Shown: positions 37,891 through 51,199 of the stretch, piece after piece | How the letters are laid out: the number at the start of each line of letters is the position of its first letter | How positions within the stretch are numbered: the stretch's first letter is position 1 | Assembly (NCBI RefSeq): GCF_018350175.1 | Contig: NC_058383.1 | Span: forward strand, 3,038,001 to 3,102,000 | Direction of reading: 5' to 3' | DNA: 64,000 bases | DNA from: Felis catus | Taxonomy: Eukaryota | Program-made: the position numbers and the translations under genes | The notes under the pieces: model-generated | The model's input: the letters and a program-made list of their open reading frames with translations, nothing else | Told to the model about the DNA's origin: nothing | The model's database searches: none

Positions 37891-39341
37891 AAAGTGCAAC
37901 TTGAATCAGCTTGTTCTCAAGCATATGGAGGACTTGGTCTAAGATTATCTTCTAGGGTCATCTCACAGCATTCAAGGGCAACCTTTCCATATGTGCATAT
38001 TTAACTAGTAGAACATATTTGATCATGTTCACATCTTACCTCAGAAATATACTTGAAATGCACAACTGTTGCCTTTAAAAAGATTAATATTACTATTACG
38101 AAAAAGCACAACACACTGTGAGATTAAATTCCCGGCTTCAGTAGGTGTACATAATGACCTGCCAGCAGCTGGGATTTGAATGACTATATTTACCAGAAAA
38201 GGATCTTCTACCCATATTTTTCAGAATAAGTGTTCACAAATGATACATTATGCCCTGTGCTTTTGTTTCTCACTGGGATTTGAAAAATAAAACTTTCTGT
38301 TAGTTGTAAATTCATAAGCTTAGGGCAGGAAAATGTTTGAATTTGATATAAAAGAAGTTTTGAAAGGAAGATTAGTGGTTTAAAGCAAAAGATTAGTTGC
38401 CTTGGGAAATTCAGCTATCGAGAGAGCAGAGTTCAGTAATAAAAGGTCCTGCTCCAGCCGATTGCTCCATTCACGCTGCGATCCCTAATCCTTCCCACCG
38501 GACCCTCGGCCAACTGACGCTGCTGGTGACGACTGCCAAGTAGCACTCCCCGTCGCTTGTCCAGAATGTGTGGGGTTCGTCCGCCTTGGACCCGCCTCGT
38601 CTGTGGTGCACGTGGAAGTTGGTTATTACTTCTTCTATTCATCATCTCTTTAAATGGGAGAGAAAAGGTGAGGCCCTGAACCGATTATGATGATGCCAAC
38701 TGACCTCTCGTCGGCAGAGTCACTGAGCACCTTGAAGTTGGACTTTCTCGCCGCGTGGTAGTTGATTCCTGTCCGCTCTGCCACGACAGAGTTTCTGGTG
38801 TAGAGCCATGATTTTCCATTACAGAGCAGATGATTAAAACCCATGGCGAGCTCTCCTTCTTCATGGTAGGTGGGCCCGTGACCACAGTCTCTGGTTCTCT
38901 TCAGGGCTTCTCATCCGCCAGTTTCCCACAGGAGTGGATGATTTCTACTGTGGAGGTTGGGGTTGTGGCCCCTTTGTAGATGAGCAGAGGATTATCTCCA
39001 CATTGAACAGGTAAAGTTAAATCCATTTCCATTAAATCAGACCTTGAAAGTCCATTTAGGGAAGTGACTTCTACATCATAAAATTATGATGTTATCTTGA
39101 GAGAAAGTTATGTCCGTTTCTCTCCTTTGGATGGACCTTAAATCTGTATTATCCAGGCAGACGAGACTCTCGTTCATAAATGACTTATGTTCTATTTAAA
39201 AGTTTGTGAAAATGGAAATTTCTGAGTTTTCCATAGTAATTTATTCCAGAGTCTTATAATGTTCATTGTAAGAATACCGAAGCATACTTAATGTTCATTT
39301 TTTTCAAGGAAAGGGAAAACCGTTAGTCGTTATTTGGGAAA

Positions 39342-39382
39342 ACACACACGTGCGCGTGCACGCACGCGCACACACACACACA
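39342..39382. repeat. Mixed (CA)/(CG) alternating purine-pyrimidine tract
   Basis: acacacacgtgcgcgtgcacgcacgcgcacacacacacac. Confidence 0.9.
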
Positions 39383-40989
39383 CTCACCCCTCAAAGAGTA
39401 TCAGGTGGACCATTGACTTCTCCCCAGGTCAGAGTTTGATGATGGTATTTAGGAGGTAATGTAATCATTTTTGTGTTTATGGATCTCTTCAGACTTTTCT
39501 CTGTTGCATTTAAGGTGTATAAAGATTACCTGATTTTTAAAGAGTCTATGCAGACCTGATACCAACCCTTCTGCATCCTTTTCTGTTTCCAAAGCTTTTG
39601 TGCTCTGCTGCCTTCATGCCCTCTTAGTTTCATGATCTGCTGCATATATTTCAGTGGTAAACAGTGCTGGGCTCAGAGATAACTCTGTTATTCTGCACAC
39701 CGGCTCATCTGTGTTAAAATACTTGTAATGAAGGTAATTTAGGCACATAGAGCCCAGAGCCCTGGCATATATACCTCCCTTCTTTCTGTCATAAGTGTTA
39801 GTGTCTGCACTGACCACACTCCTGTGGTCATTTGGATCACGAGATATTTGCTCATCTGCTGTGTGAAACTACTCTTCATGAAGATTTCTTTTCCTGCTAG
39901 ACCCGAGTATACAGAATAATTTGCATGGAGTATAGGCATGTTTAGTAAACTATGAATTCCAGGAAAAATTGAATTATGGAATCATTTACATTCAAAACAG
40001 TCCTATAATATATTAAATCGATGATGCTCCATCAGTTGTAAAAACCGAATTCAAATTCTTGAGTGTCTGTTTTCAAGCTTTTTTCTTTCAAAAGACTTAT
40101 TTTTTATGACTCATTCTTGTAGGACACAGGACCCGTATGAAGTGGCATTTCTTTCTCTTTTGTTAAGCATGGCTCAGATGGCAGGGCATTAAAGCCCAGA
40201 GCTCGGTCCATTCTGAGCCTCCAGAGCCACAGTCACTGCAGTTCAGCTTCACGAGGCCACTTGGGTCATGACAGTGGACGGCGTTAGCCAAAGTACGTAG
40301 CAGAGAGGGACGCCGGACACGCTTTCACTGCTGGCGGTCACAGCCGGAGGACACACTTGCGGCGTGGCTCAGAGCAGGCGGCATGCAGAAGCCTTGGAGC
40401 GGCGAGGATCGGCCGCTCTCCTGTCTCACAGTCACCAATCTCGGTCACGGTGGCTGACGCTTTGCCGCTTCTGTCCCCGCGTCAGGCAGAGACGTAACCT
40501 CTTACGGGACAGCAGCTAGGGCTCATTCTCACTGCATTTTCGGCACTGATAACAGAATCGGGGAGGGGGGGGCGTGGAACACAAAATCAGGCAAGTCGGA
40601 GACCTGAGACTCCTTCTCCCTCGCCCTTACTCCCGTATTCAGTCCATCACGAATTTCTCTTGCCGCCTAGATGCTGTTTTAAAGCCGCCCATCTCTGTCC
40701 GTCTCCACCACAACCGCTGCAATTACCTTGACCCAAACCACCGTCTCCTTTGAATGCGTTTGCCGGGATCACCACAGCGGCCCTAACTGGTCTACCCCTT
40801 CTGCTCTGGCCCCTCTTAATTCCTTCTCTGTGGAGCGGCCAGATGAACTTTTAACAGTACAGCTCCTTCAAAGTCTGTCTGCTGCCTTTTTATAATAATG
40901 GTTAATCATACTCATCACCATCACACTGGCAGTGCTTTGACCAAGGCTGATGGTGGGGTGGTCACATACTTTACTGTTCACACAAGGCC

Positions 40990-42950
40990 TTTTTTTTTTC
41001 TAGCAATATCTTCTCTATTTTTTGTTTATTTTTTTAATATAATGTATTGTCAGATTGACTTACATACAACACCCAGTGCTCATCCCAACAGGTGCCTTCC
41101 TCAGTGCCCATCACCCGCTTTCCCCTCTCCCCCACCCCCATCCACCTTCAGTTTGTTCTCTGTATTTAAGAGTCTCTTACGGTTTACCTCCCTCACTCTC
41201 AGTTTGTGACTCTTTTTTCGCCCTTCCCGTCCCCCACGGTCTTCGGTTAAGTTTCTCAAGATCCACATATGAGTGAAAAGATATGGTATCTGTCTTTGTC
41301 TGACTGATTGACTTCACTCAGCGTCCATGTTGCTGCAAACAGCATGATTTCATTCTTTCTCATTGCCAAGTTGTATTCCATTGTATATATAAACCGTGTT
41401 GTCTTTATCCATTTGTCAGTTGATGGATATTTGGGCTCTTTCCATAATTCGCCTATTGTTGAAAGTGCTGCTGTAAACATTGGGGTGCACGTGCCCCTGT
41501 GCATCAGCACACCAGTATCCCTTGGGTAAATTCCCAGCAGTGCTATTGCTGGGTCGTAGGGTAGTTCTATCTGTAATTTTTTGAGGAACCTCCACACTGT
41601 TTTCCAGAGAGGCTGCACCAGTTTGCATTCCCACCAACAGTGCAAGAGGGTTCCGTTTCTGCACATCCTCCCCAGCATCTAGTTTCCTGATTTGTTCATT
41701 TTAGCCATTCTGATCAGCATGAGGTGGTATCTCAGTGTGGCTTTGATTTGTATTTCCCTGATGAGGAGTGACGTTGAGCATCTTTTCATGTGTCTGTTGG
41801 CCATCTGGATGTCTTCTTTGGAAAAGTGTCTATTTATCTCTTGTGCCCATTTCTTCACTGGATTATTTGTTTTCAGGTGTGGAGTTTGGTAAGTTCTTTA
41901 TAGATTTTGGATGCTAGGCCTTTTTCCGATACGTCATTGGCAAATATCTTTTCCCATTCCATTGGTTGCCTTCTAGTTTGGTTGATTGTTTCTTTTGCGG
42001 TAAGGAAGTTTTTTATCTTGGTGAGGTCCCAATAGTTCATTTTTGCTTTTAACTCCCTTGCCTTTGGAGATGTGTCTAGTAAGAAATTTCTGCGACTGAG
42101 GTCCAAGAGGTTCTTGCCGGCTTTCTCCTCTAGGATTTTGATGGTTTCCTGCTTCACATTTAGGTCTTTCATCCATTTTGACTTTATTTTTGTGTATGGT
42201 GTAAGAAAGTGGCCTAGTTTCATTCTTCACATTGCTGTCCAGCTTTCTCAGCACGGTTTGCTAAAGAGACTGTCTTTATTCCATTGGATATTTTTTTCTA
42301 CTTTCTCAAAGATTAGTTGGCCATACATCTGTGGGTCCAATTTTGGGTTCTTTATTCTATTCCATTGGTCTACGTGTCTGTTTTTGTGCCAATACCATAC
42401 TGTCTTGATGATAACAGCTTTGTAGTAGAGGTTAAAGTCTGGGATTGTGATGCCTCCCTCTTTGGTCTTCTTCTTCAACATTACTTTGGCTATTCAGGGT
42501 CTTTTGTGGTTCCATACAAATTTTAGGATTGCTTATTCTAGCTTCGAGAAGAATGCTGGGGCAATTTTGGTTGGGATTGCATTGAATGTGTAGATTACTT
42601 TGGGTAATATTGACATTTTAACCATATTTATTCTTGGAAACCATGAGCATGGAATGGCTTTCCATTTCTTTCTGTTTTCTTCAATATCCTTCATAAACTT
42701 TCTATAGTTTTGAGCATACAGATCTTTTATATCTTTGGTTAGATTTATTCCTAGGTATTTTATAGTTCTTGGTGCATTTGTGAATGGGATCAGTTTCTTG
42801 ATTTCTCTTTCTGTTGCTTCATTATTGGCATATAAAAATGCAACTGATTTCTGTAAATTGGTTTTGTATCCTGCAACTTTGGTGAATTCATGTATTAGTT
42901 CTAGGAGTTTTTTGGTGGAGTCTTTCGGGGTTTCCATGTAGAGTATCATG
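40990..42950 (-). mobile_element. About 2-kb 5'-truncated feline/carnivore L1 (ORF2 from just after the RT catalytic motif to the 3'UTR), frameshifted
   Basis: Minus-strand ORF fragments [77 protein letters not shown] are L1 ORF2p; feline-type 3'UTR at 41040-41250. Confidence 0.96.
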
Positions 42951-42968
42951 CGTACAGGGATATTTTTG

Positions 42969-43198
42969 TTGTTTTTTTTTATTAAATTTTTTTTTAACAT
43001 TTATTTATTTTTGAGACAGAGAGAGACAGAGCATGAACAGGGGAGGGTCAGAAAGAGAGGGAGACACAGAATCTGAAATGGGCTCCAGGCTCTGAGCTGT
43101 CAGCACAGAGCCCGACGCGGGGCTCGAACTCACGGACTGTGAGATCATGACCTGAGCCGAAGTCAGATGTTTAACCGACTGAGCCACCCAGGCGCCCC
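42969..43198 (-). mobile_element. CanSINE (SINEC_Fc-like)
   Basis: Full element; exact 16-bp TSD tacagggatatttttg (42953-68, 43200-15). Confidence 0.96.
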
Positions 43199-43658
43199 AT
43201 ACAGGGATATTTTTGAACGTGAAGTGGCACCGTTGAAAATCACACAGCGATGATGTGGAAACCATGATGTTCGCTTGCCTTGTCTGCAACTCCCTGTAAG
43301 GCCTGGGCCATATTCACCCTGCTTCCATTCACTCTCTCTGCACCTGCACATCTGCTTGCTTTTCAGTCTTTTGTACTTTTCAGGTTCACTCCCCATATTT
43401 GCTACCACCACAGGGCCTTTGTGCCTGACATCACTCAAGTGTCTGACTCCTACTGATCTTTTAGCCCTTAGCTTCTGCATGGCATCTCATTAAGTAGGCT
43501 AAAGGCTAAATCTTTTTTATATGTTCTTGCCACAGTGACAAGTACAATTTAACATTTAATTATTTGAATGGATACTAGTAATAGACTGGTGATACTGTAT
43601 TATCGATACACCAGTCATAGAATGCAGCGGTCAGCACAATGGCAAAACAACCTCTACA

Positions 43659-43969
43659 CAGCTGGCCCTTGACCAACATGGGTTTGAGCTGTGGGCCCGC
43701 CTATCTGTGGGTTCTTTGTGGTGCCAAACTGTAAACATACTTTCTCTTCATGTGAGTTTCCTAACCTCTTCTTTTCTCTAGCTCACTGCGTTACAAGAAA
43801 CAGTATATAATACGTGTTAAGCAACTGTTGATATTATCAGTAAGGCTTCTGGTCAGCAGTAGGCTATCAGTAGTTAACTTCTGGGGGGAGTCAGAAGTTG
43901 TGTGGGGATTTCTGACTATTGGGGGGGGGTTGGGTGCACCTACTGCCCATGTTGTTCAAGGGCCAAATG
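43659..43969. mobile_element. Tigger2a-like TcMar DNA transposon (MITE)
   Basis: Terminal inverted repeats cagctggcccttgaccaacatggg / cccatgttgttcaagggccaaatg, followed by TA; internal taaggcttctggtcagcagtaggctatcagtagttaa. Confidence 0.88.
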
Positions 43970-44219
43970 TATATTTAAATTCTGTATTTTAAATACAAAA
44001 GAAACTGGCTATATGGACTCCAGGTTAGTGTAAAAATACATTCTCTGTCTTAGCACTGTTAATATGCTGTTTCTTAATTTATTAAAAATACAGTAATTTA
44101 ATGCTCCACTTTAGTAATTCCACAGAGTAACCCAAAATTTGAAGTTAAAACATGGGTTCGTGAGAAGAGGCTGTCCTCAGTGAGAAACCCTTGGCATTTC
44201 GAGTGATAATATACAGAAT

Positions 44220-44460
44220 TGGTGGATTCTGGAACAGATGATCTGGGTTTTAAATGATTTTACCACTCACTGTCTGGGTGGCCTTGAGCAAGTTACTTAG
44301 TTTCCCTGGGTCTCCCTTTTACCCATCTGTAGAATGAATATAATAATGGCATCTGGTATTTCATAGGGCTTTTAAGAAAATCAAATCTGGTAGTACCTAC
44401 AAGATACTTAGAACAATTTTTGGCACATAGGAGAAACTGAGTGACTACTAGCTGTTACTC
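44220..44460 (+). mobile_element. MIR
   Basis: ccttgagcaagttactta...catctgtagaatg core and cttagaaca..tggcacatag tail. Confidence 0.82.
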
Positions 44461-45084
44461 TTATCTGTGTTATTGTTACCCTGTTGGTTCATTTACGAGA
44501 TATTTATTCAATATCTGCCTTGTTCCTGGCATTGTTCTAGGTGCTGGGAATTCAGATGTGATCAAGATAGGGCATATTGTGCATTGGGTGTGATCCATTA
44601 ATACTTCAATTTCATTGTCTGAGAAGTATCCTGAGTGAAATAAATGTCATGGTTTGTTGGGGCACATTGGTGGGGAGGAGTTGGGTCCACTTGAAGGTTG
44701 AGTCTGCAGTCACAGAACTGGGGAGCAGTGTAGGGCTGGGAAAGAGCACAGAGAAAGGGCCCCGAGATGGAAAGGGCTTAGCCTGGTTAACAGTTAAAAA
44801 GTGAGCATGGCTGGATTGTTTATACGTGAGTAGAGAGGGTAGGGGGCCTAATAGAGACAGGAAGCAGATGAGGCAGGTACGTGGGGGGGGGGGGGTTGTA
44901 TAGAAAAATGACAAGCCATCTAATTCTCCTTAATTTACTGCTGAAGAAGCAGAAAGCCATGTGCCCTGAGCAGGGTCATGTAGAAAATTAGTGATGGGGC
45001 TGGAACTAGAAGCTAAGTGTCCCATGTTCATATATGCATGTGTGTGTGTACATGTGTGTATATATACATACATGTGCACACACA

Positions 45085-45480
45085 CGTTTTAACTATTGAA
45101 GCATATGTATAAAAATTGCACACATGTTACATAGAACAATTTTCTGTGAAGTTTCACAAAGTGAGCCCCCCTGTTACACGCCCCCCCCCATGCCCGTTAC
45201 ACCTCCCTGTTACACCCCTCCACTGTTCTATCCCGCAGAGGTAAATTGGTCCTGACCTCTAACACCACACATTAGTCCTGCCTGATTTTGAACTGCTATG
45301 AACTTTTGGATGGAAGTGTATGCTGTAGTAACTTCTTTCTGTCTGGCTTCTTGGCCTGCACATGTCTGAGATTCATGTGTGGGGGTATGCGTGGCAGTAG
45401 TTGCTGCGTTCCCACTGCTCTGTAGTCTTTTACTGTCGGAATACACGGAGGTTTCCAGTTTACTCGCCCACCGGAAGTCC
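45085..45480 (-). mobile_element. Old L1 3'-end fragment
   Basis: tttcacaaagtgag; cctgacctctaacacc..attagtcctgcctgattttgaact; tgtctggcttctt. Confidence 0.65.
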
Positions 45481-45493
45481 CTAAAGAGACAGG

Positions 45494-45496
<3 letters not shown>

Positions 45497-45532
<36 letters not shown>
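45497..45532. repeat. (TG)n microsatellite
   Basis: Read directly from the sequence. Confidence 0.97.
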
Positions 45533-45533
<1 letters not shown>

Positions 45534-46033
45534 TGAAAGATGGATTGTGATTCCTGTCATTTATGTGTGCATATTAATCTTGCTTGTCTTTTGTTTTTTT
45601 AACCAGTTGAAGTCTCTATGGAAACATTTCTTTTAGAGCCCACTTTGATACCAAGTGGGTATCCCTTGGTCACTTTGAAAATAAAATGCCTGGTTGAAAC
45701 CCAGACTTGCATGACTAGAGATCACCCACTGTGCCCCTTTGTTAAAGAGGTATTAATCATAAATGGAAATAGGTTGGATGAATTTGTCACGTTTTCAAAT
45801 GGTGCTGATCATTGAGCTTTTCAGCCTTTTGAAATATTATCTAGGGTATTACATGCTTCCAGGAGGTCAAGGATGATTGGCTACTTAATTGGGCCAAATA
45901 GCCATCATTTATACTTGTTAAAATTAGGTCTCTTTAAATAAGTGATTGATTAATTGGATGTATGCCATTTTCATGTGTATTTCATTCAGTTTTTTTTCTT
46001 TCTCTCTTTTTTTTTTTTTTTTGAATATTTCAG

Positions 46034-46193
46034 ATGATGTCGTGCCGTATTTTAAGACAGAGCCAGGCCTGCCGCAGATTCACCTGGAAGGCAACCGCCT
46101 TGTTCTCACTTGCCTCGCTGAAGGGAGCTGGCCTTTGGAGTTCAAGTGGATGCACAATGACAGTGAGCTCACCACCTACAGCAGCGAATATAA
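46034..46193 (+). CDS. SDK1: Sidekick-1 internal coding exon (probably exon 2), N-terminal part of Ig1: (D)[52 protein letters not shown](K)
   Basis: Long polypyrimidine tract and tttcag acceptor (AG 46032-33); donor AA|gtaatt (GT 46194-95); 160 nt, phase 1 to 2. Peptide recognised as sidekick-1 Ig1 (B-strand Cys in LTC, C-strand Trp in FKW). Confidence 0.96.
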
Positions 46194-47098
46194 GTAATTG
46201 ATTGCTTGAAAATAAGATTCCGTTTCAGGCTGATGTGTTTAGAGTATTTGCCTTTTGGGCCATAATAGCACAAGAGGTGAAAATATTTGATTGAATTTCT
46301 AATGCATTAGGATTAAAGGGATAGATTTAATTAGAATGTGATTTAATATTCTGATCGACATTGTATTTATACCTAGGAGGTGTATCATTATATTTGTAAA
46401 AGGAAGTCTGTTAGCGAAATTACCAGACTGAAAAAAGTTGTAGTTACAGAGGGATGCAGGTAACAGGTTTCGTGTGATAAATTTGCACTCTTGTGGCAAC
46501 GGCCCCACCCGCCAGTGTCGTTCGTATTCAACGAACATGAATATTTAGACAGAGATCTTTAAATCTGGAGCTTCTGGAGCACTGAGGCGTCAACAGAAAA
46601 TTTACCCGGTTAACTTTCAGAGTCAGGACAGGGAGGATGGAAGTGTGGGGGAGGGGCGTGAGCACAGCATCTCATCCAGCAAGGATGTTCACTCGAGTCC
46701 TGGGTGTGGCTGCAGTGAGCCCAACACGGGGCAGAGAACAAGTAGTGAGCGGGGACGAGGACGAGATGCAGCCACATGGGAGGTGTGGCTTCACCCAGCA
46801 CCAGTGGCAGCAGCTCTTGAGCCTGCGTGTCTCCTTGTGGTGCCAAGGTCTTTCAGGTTCGAATCTCAGCTTTAGCTTCCGTTTCTGTGTGGGCTGGTTA
46901 TACCAGATGCAACAGTTCTGAGGAGGATGGAGAACTAGTGACTTCCTAAAAAGTCCAAAAGGTCCCCAGATCAGCGCAATCAGCAATGTCATACTCTTAT
47001 TTAAGAGAATTGGCTGTTCAGAGGTGTTTTAAATAGAGTAATGAGTTCTCAACGTGGGGCATAACCCATCACCCACTCTCTTGAAAAGTCAGAGGTTT

Positions 47099-47210
47099 GG
47101 GGCACCTGGCCGACCCTATCGGAATAGCATGTGACTCTTGATCGAGGGGTTGTGAGTTCAAGCCCCATGCTGGCTGTAGAGACTACTTAAATAAACTTAA
47201 AAAAATAAAA
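47099..47210 (+). mobile_element. Old short CanSINE (tRNA-like head without a CT region)
   Basis: ggggcacctgg...gactcttgatc..ggggttgtgagttcaagcccca...gtagaga.tacttaaataaa. Confidence 0.88.
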
Positions 47211-47212
47211 GA

Positions 47213-47403
47213 GGGGCACCTGGGTGTCTAAGTCCATTAAGAGTTCGATGCCTGATTTTGGCCCAGGTCATGATCTCATAGTAGATCGAGCCCTCCTCAG
47301 GCTCTGCTTTGACAGCACAGAGACTGCATGGGATTCTCTCTCTCCCCCTTTCCTCCTTCTTTCTTCCCCCCTCTCAAAATAAATAAGCTTAAAAAAATAA
47401 AAA
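47213..47403 (+). mobile_element. CanSINE inserted in the A tail of the previous SINE
   Basis: ggggcacctgggtg head, CT region, tail; aaaaaaataaaa repeated on both sides. Confidence 0.9.
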
Positions 47404-47417
47404 CTTATCTGCTATTT

Positions 47418-47511
47418 ACCTTTTGGGATGAGCACTGGGTGTTGTATGGAAACCAATTTGACAATAAATTTCATATATTGAAAAAAATAAAATAAAATAA
47501 AATAAAATAAA
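47418..47511 (+). mobile_element. Very short feline-type L1 3' terminus with (AAAAT)n tail
   Basis: ttgggatgagcactgggtgttgtatggaaaccaatttgacaataaatttcatat, nearly identical to 21707-21760. Confidence 0.92.
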
Positions 47512-47859
47512 ATTGTAAGATTTCATATAAAAATCCACTCTCTGATCCCTGTTGACCAGTCAAAAGGCCTGGCCACTCAGCCCTGGCCTCCGCAACCCTC
47601 CTCCCCCCTCCCCCCCCACAGAAGCAGGTGCTGGCCAGCGCTCCCCTTCAGGAAGGGCACAGCCCTTCTGGCTCTCAGTGCTCTGGTCCCCACATCATCT
47701 GTATGATGCCACACTTGCTTTGCTCAGTTCTCTTCTTCCCCTGCCCTTTGTAGACATAAGAGTTTGTGACCTCCTCTTTCATGATCAGGCCTGTACTGTC
47801 AGAGTATCTGCTGTTGTAGGAGCAATTTATCGTAATAGTTACGAGCATGTTGACATCAA

Positions 47860-48350
47860 CAGACCCAGGTTTGAATCCCAGCTCACTACCAATTAGCATT
47901 AGCAATGTGATCTCCTGCAAGCCACTTATCAGTTCCACTTTTAACGTCTGCAAAATGGGGCTGATCGTACCTCATTTGTCGTGTTGTGAGAGTTAAAAGG
48001 CTCTAATGTAGGTAAAACAGTGTATATTCTGGCCCACAAGCAATCTGCTAATAAATCTAGGTGATACTGTATATCATCATAATGAGACGTTAGGGTACTT
48101 GGTTTGTTAGGAGGGGCATAAGAAAGAAAAAGACAAAAAGTAAGCTTAGAAATGAGAAGCATGTGTGAGTAATGGGCTTTAACAGCAGGTGCCTTGAATT
48201 CGGATACTTCTATTCAATTTACTATGTGTGTGACTTTGGACAGGTTACCTAACCAGTTTGATCTTGCTTTTCTCATCTGTAAAATGGGTGTAATAAAACC
48301 CAATTCAGAGGGTTCTCATAAAAATGAAATGACATAATGTTTTGTATGCC
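47860..48350 (+). mobile_element. Two MIR fragments (about 47860-48070 and 48170-48350)
   Basis: cagacccaggtttgaatcccagctc; tgtgtgactttggacaggttacctaacc..ttctcatctgtaaaatggg. Confidence 0.78.
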
Positions 48351-51199
48351 CCTGGGAGAAAGGGATGAAGTCTCAGAAGAATCCAGATTGTTCTTCCGTA
48401 TAAAAAACAGTAATGTGGATGATCTATAGTGATGGTGTTCAGATTGGGGTATGTGGTCATGGATAGTGGCAAAGGAATTGCTTTCTAGATGTTCAGTTTC
48501 CATATGTGTGTTTTCTGAGGTTGAGCTGACTGAGAACATGCCTTTTTGCAGACACCCGGGATTCTGCCCTTTTGTGCTGTTTCCCCCAGTTCGCAGAAGG
48601 AAGGCTCACTTTGCCCATCTGAGTCCTCCTGTGGAACTGCCTCTCAGGTGCAGGACGAGTGCCTAGGTCCAAATATTTGGCTTGAACAAAATGAGGGGCT
48701 CTTTTAAACAACCCCTGAAGAGCTACTTGGCCTCTAGTCTATACATATTCCTTTTAAGGAAAAGTAGGGCTCTAGAGCACGTGCAAGATAGATCCCCATG
48801 GCGAGGGCACCTTGTCTTCTCCGGGCAGCATGCTCACAGCGGTGCCCCGGGGTGTGTCCACTTACACATAGCAGAAGCAGAGTATTCCAGAGCTGTTGGA
48901 AAGAAGAAACAAGCTGTGAAATACTCTTTAATGAAGCACACTGTGTCTGCATTTCACCCTCCTCTGTAATGAGGCTGAGGGCTCAGTGGCACATTTCAAG
49001 GAGGAGGAGGAAGAAAGTTCTGTTTACTTCCATCAGATCCATGTTGTATCTTGATGTACGAAGAACATGCATGATAGGAAAGTTAGGGCTTTGTATTTTC
49101 TCATACATTTATTCAGAAGACACTTTCATTAACTTCTGCAAAAAAGATGATTTGAGTTTCTAAATCCATATCCTTTTTCATTACTTTCCTGTGTTTTGAT
49201 TGTTGCTATGCTTCAATCTCTTCTCTAGTTTATTCCCTTCTTCCGTGTTCTCTTTAGATTTAAATGAACTGTATGCAAATATGTGGTCAGTACCTTCTCT
49301 TTGTTGTTAATTTCTATCCAATTTTATTCTAACAGTAAATAACTTGCCATTCAATGAAATAAAAAGTAATTGAAAAAAAAACCAGCCACTATCCTCCCAT
49401 GAAGAGACACATTTTCTAAGTTTTTAATGCTTAATAATTATATTTCAAAGTTTGTGATACATTTATGTTTTTTTGATAAACTATGTAATAATAATAATAG
49501 TTGCCGTGACCCTGTAATACAGAAGAATTTTTTTAAGCACTTAGAATGTTTTGATCAAAGGACATCCTTTTTAAATTGCCATTTGTATGTGTATTTTTAT
49601 TTCAGAGAAGTATGATGGATAATCAAGAAGTATCTTTGAAGCATAACAATATATTACATAAGAATAAAATTCTATGGGATAAATAGACTTACTAATTAAG
49701 TTCAAAGAGTAAAAAGGAGCAGTATGAAGGTTCCTATCTGTTAAAGAGTTCATTATTAAAGAAAGGATGATGTGTGTTTCAAAATGATTATATTATTTAT
49801 ATTCCATTGGATCCATGTAAAACAGCGGTGTAATAGTTTTATTCTAAAATGCTAAACCACACACCATGCCACTATTATATGTGCAGCTGCTGAGACTTAG
49901 GGTAAAACAGTTCTGGTGTCCACTCGAAAATGTGCAAGGAGATGGAGGTTTTTTGGCGTTGCTCTTTGCACTAGAAATTTTACCTGTTAATTTGACACTC
50001 CCTGGATAATCCTCAGGAAGGCAAAGCATTGTGGGTCACTGAGGCAGGATTGCAGGGGCAGCTCATTATACGTGGACCATTACAGTGGGGTAGATGCTTC
50101 CTTCCCATTTCCCTGGAAACTTAGTAGGAAGAAATGGGTGGTTCTAAAGCACCAACAGTTTGGAACAATGTGATAAATTATATTCTGTTCACTGAGGGCT
50201 TCAGACACCCAGATGGGTTGTCAAAGATCCATAGTATTTTGTCCTCCCTTTTTTCAAGAAATAAACGCTGCCCAAAAAGCTCATGCTCTTTTTTCAAATT
50301 ACTCTTTCATCTACTTCCTTCCAATAAGCACCTTCAGCTGTCATATGTTAACCTTCATTAGACATTCTAAGTCTCAAATTGAAAAACATGGCTACTTTAT
50401 GAAAATGGTAGCGGTTTTTGCTCTGAAATTGAGTCCCTCTCCCCCCCCTTTGATGTCAGTATGAAAATGCTAATCCTATAAAAGGAAAATAATATAAACT
50501 CAGCTTTTCCAGCTTTGACTGGAAATAGCATTTTCTTTGCTGCTTGTGTTACAAACTGCCCCCAAAATTTCAGTGAGTCGCAAATGTTATTCCCATGGAT
50601 GCTTATATCCACATTCAGGCATAGGTGATCCTGTAGCCACAATTGTAATAGTTAGGTCATTAAACCAGGTTTGCATAGCTGTCAAAGGCAGATGGGTCTC
50701 TTTTTTTTTCCCCCCAGAAAGTATTTATTCTCAATTACTTTCTACTTGGAGATAAAAAATTACACTCGGATACAGGTAGATAGATGTCTAAGCCAATAAT
50801 TTCTTAGTGCTAGGCGTACTATTCATTTTATACCAGGAAGAATAATTGGATACTGTGAAGTGCTAAAAATCTTATATCTCCTTACGTGACCCGTCTCTGT
50901 GGTTCAGTTTCTGTGACAGTATAAACAATAGAAACTTGATGGATGATTCTTTTTTTTTTTATTCCAGTAAGAAAATAGGGGTGGTTAAGGACAAAGTAAC
51001 TTTTTCTTATGTCTTATAAAAAGAAGAAAAATTTCACAGTATCAACAAAAATTATTAAATACCTGGGAATAACCTTTATAAGAACCTACACGAAGAAAAG
51101 TGGAAAGCCTCACTGGGAGATATAAAAGAGAATCCTAGATAGGAAATCTGCACAACGTAAAACTAGACAAAGTATATGAAACAGTTGTATCCAAGATAG

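Noticed and set aside
41256..43000. Reverse-transcriptase-related ORFs on the minus strand, as a possible novel RT system
   Set aside because: Ordinary frameshifted, 5'-truncated L1 ORF2 that begins just after the catalytic motif; not functional.
45946..46033. Hydrophobic N-terminal extension (signal-peptide-like) in ORF 45946-46197
   Set aside because: It is the translated polypyrimidine tract of the splice acceptor; the real signal peptide should be in an upstream exon outside the window.
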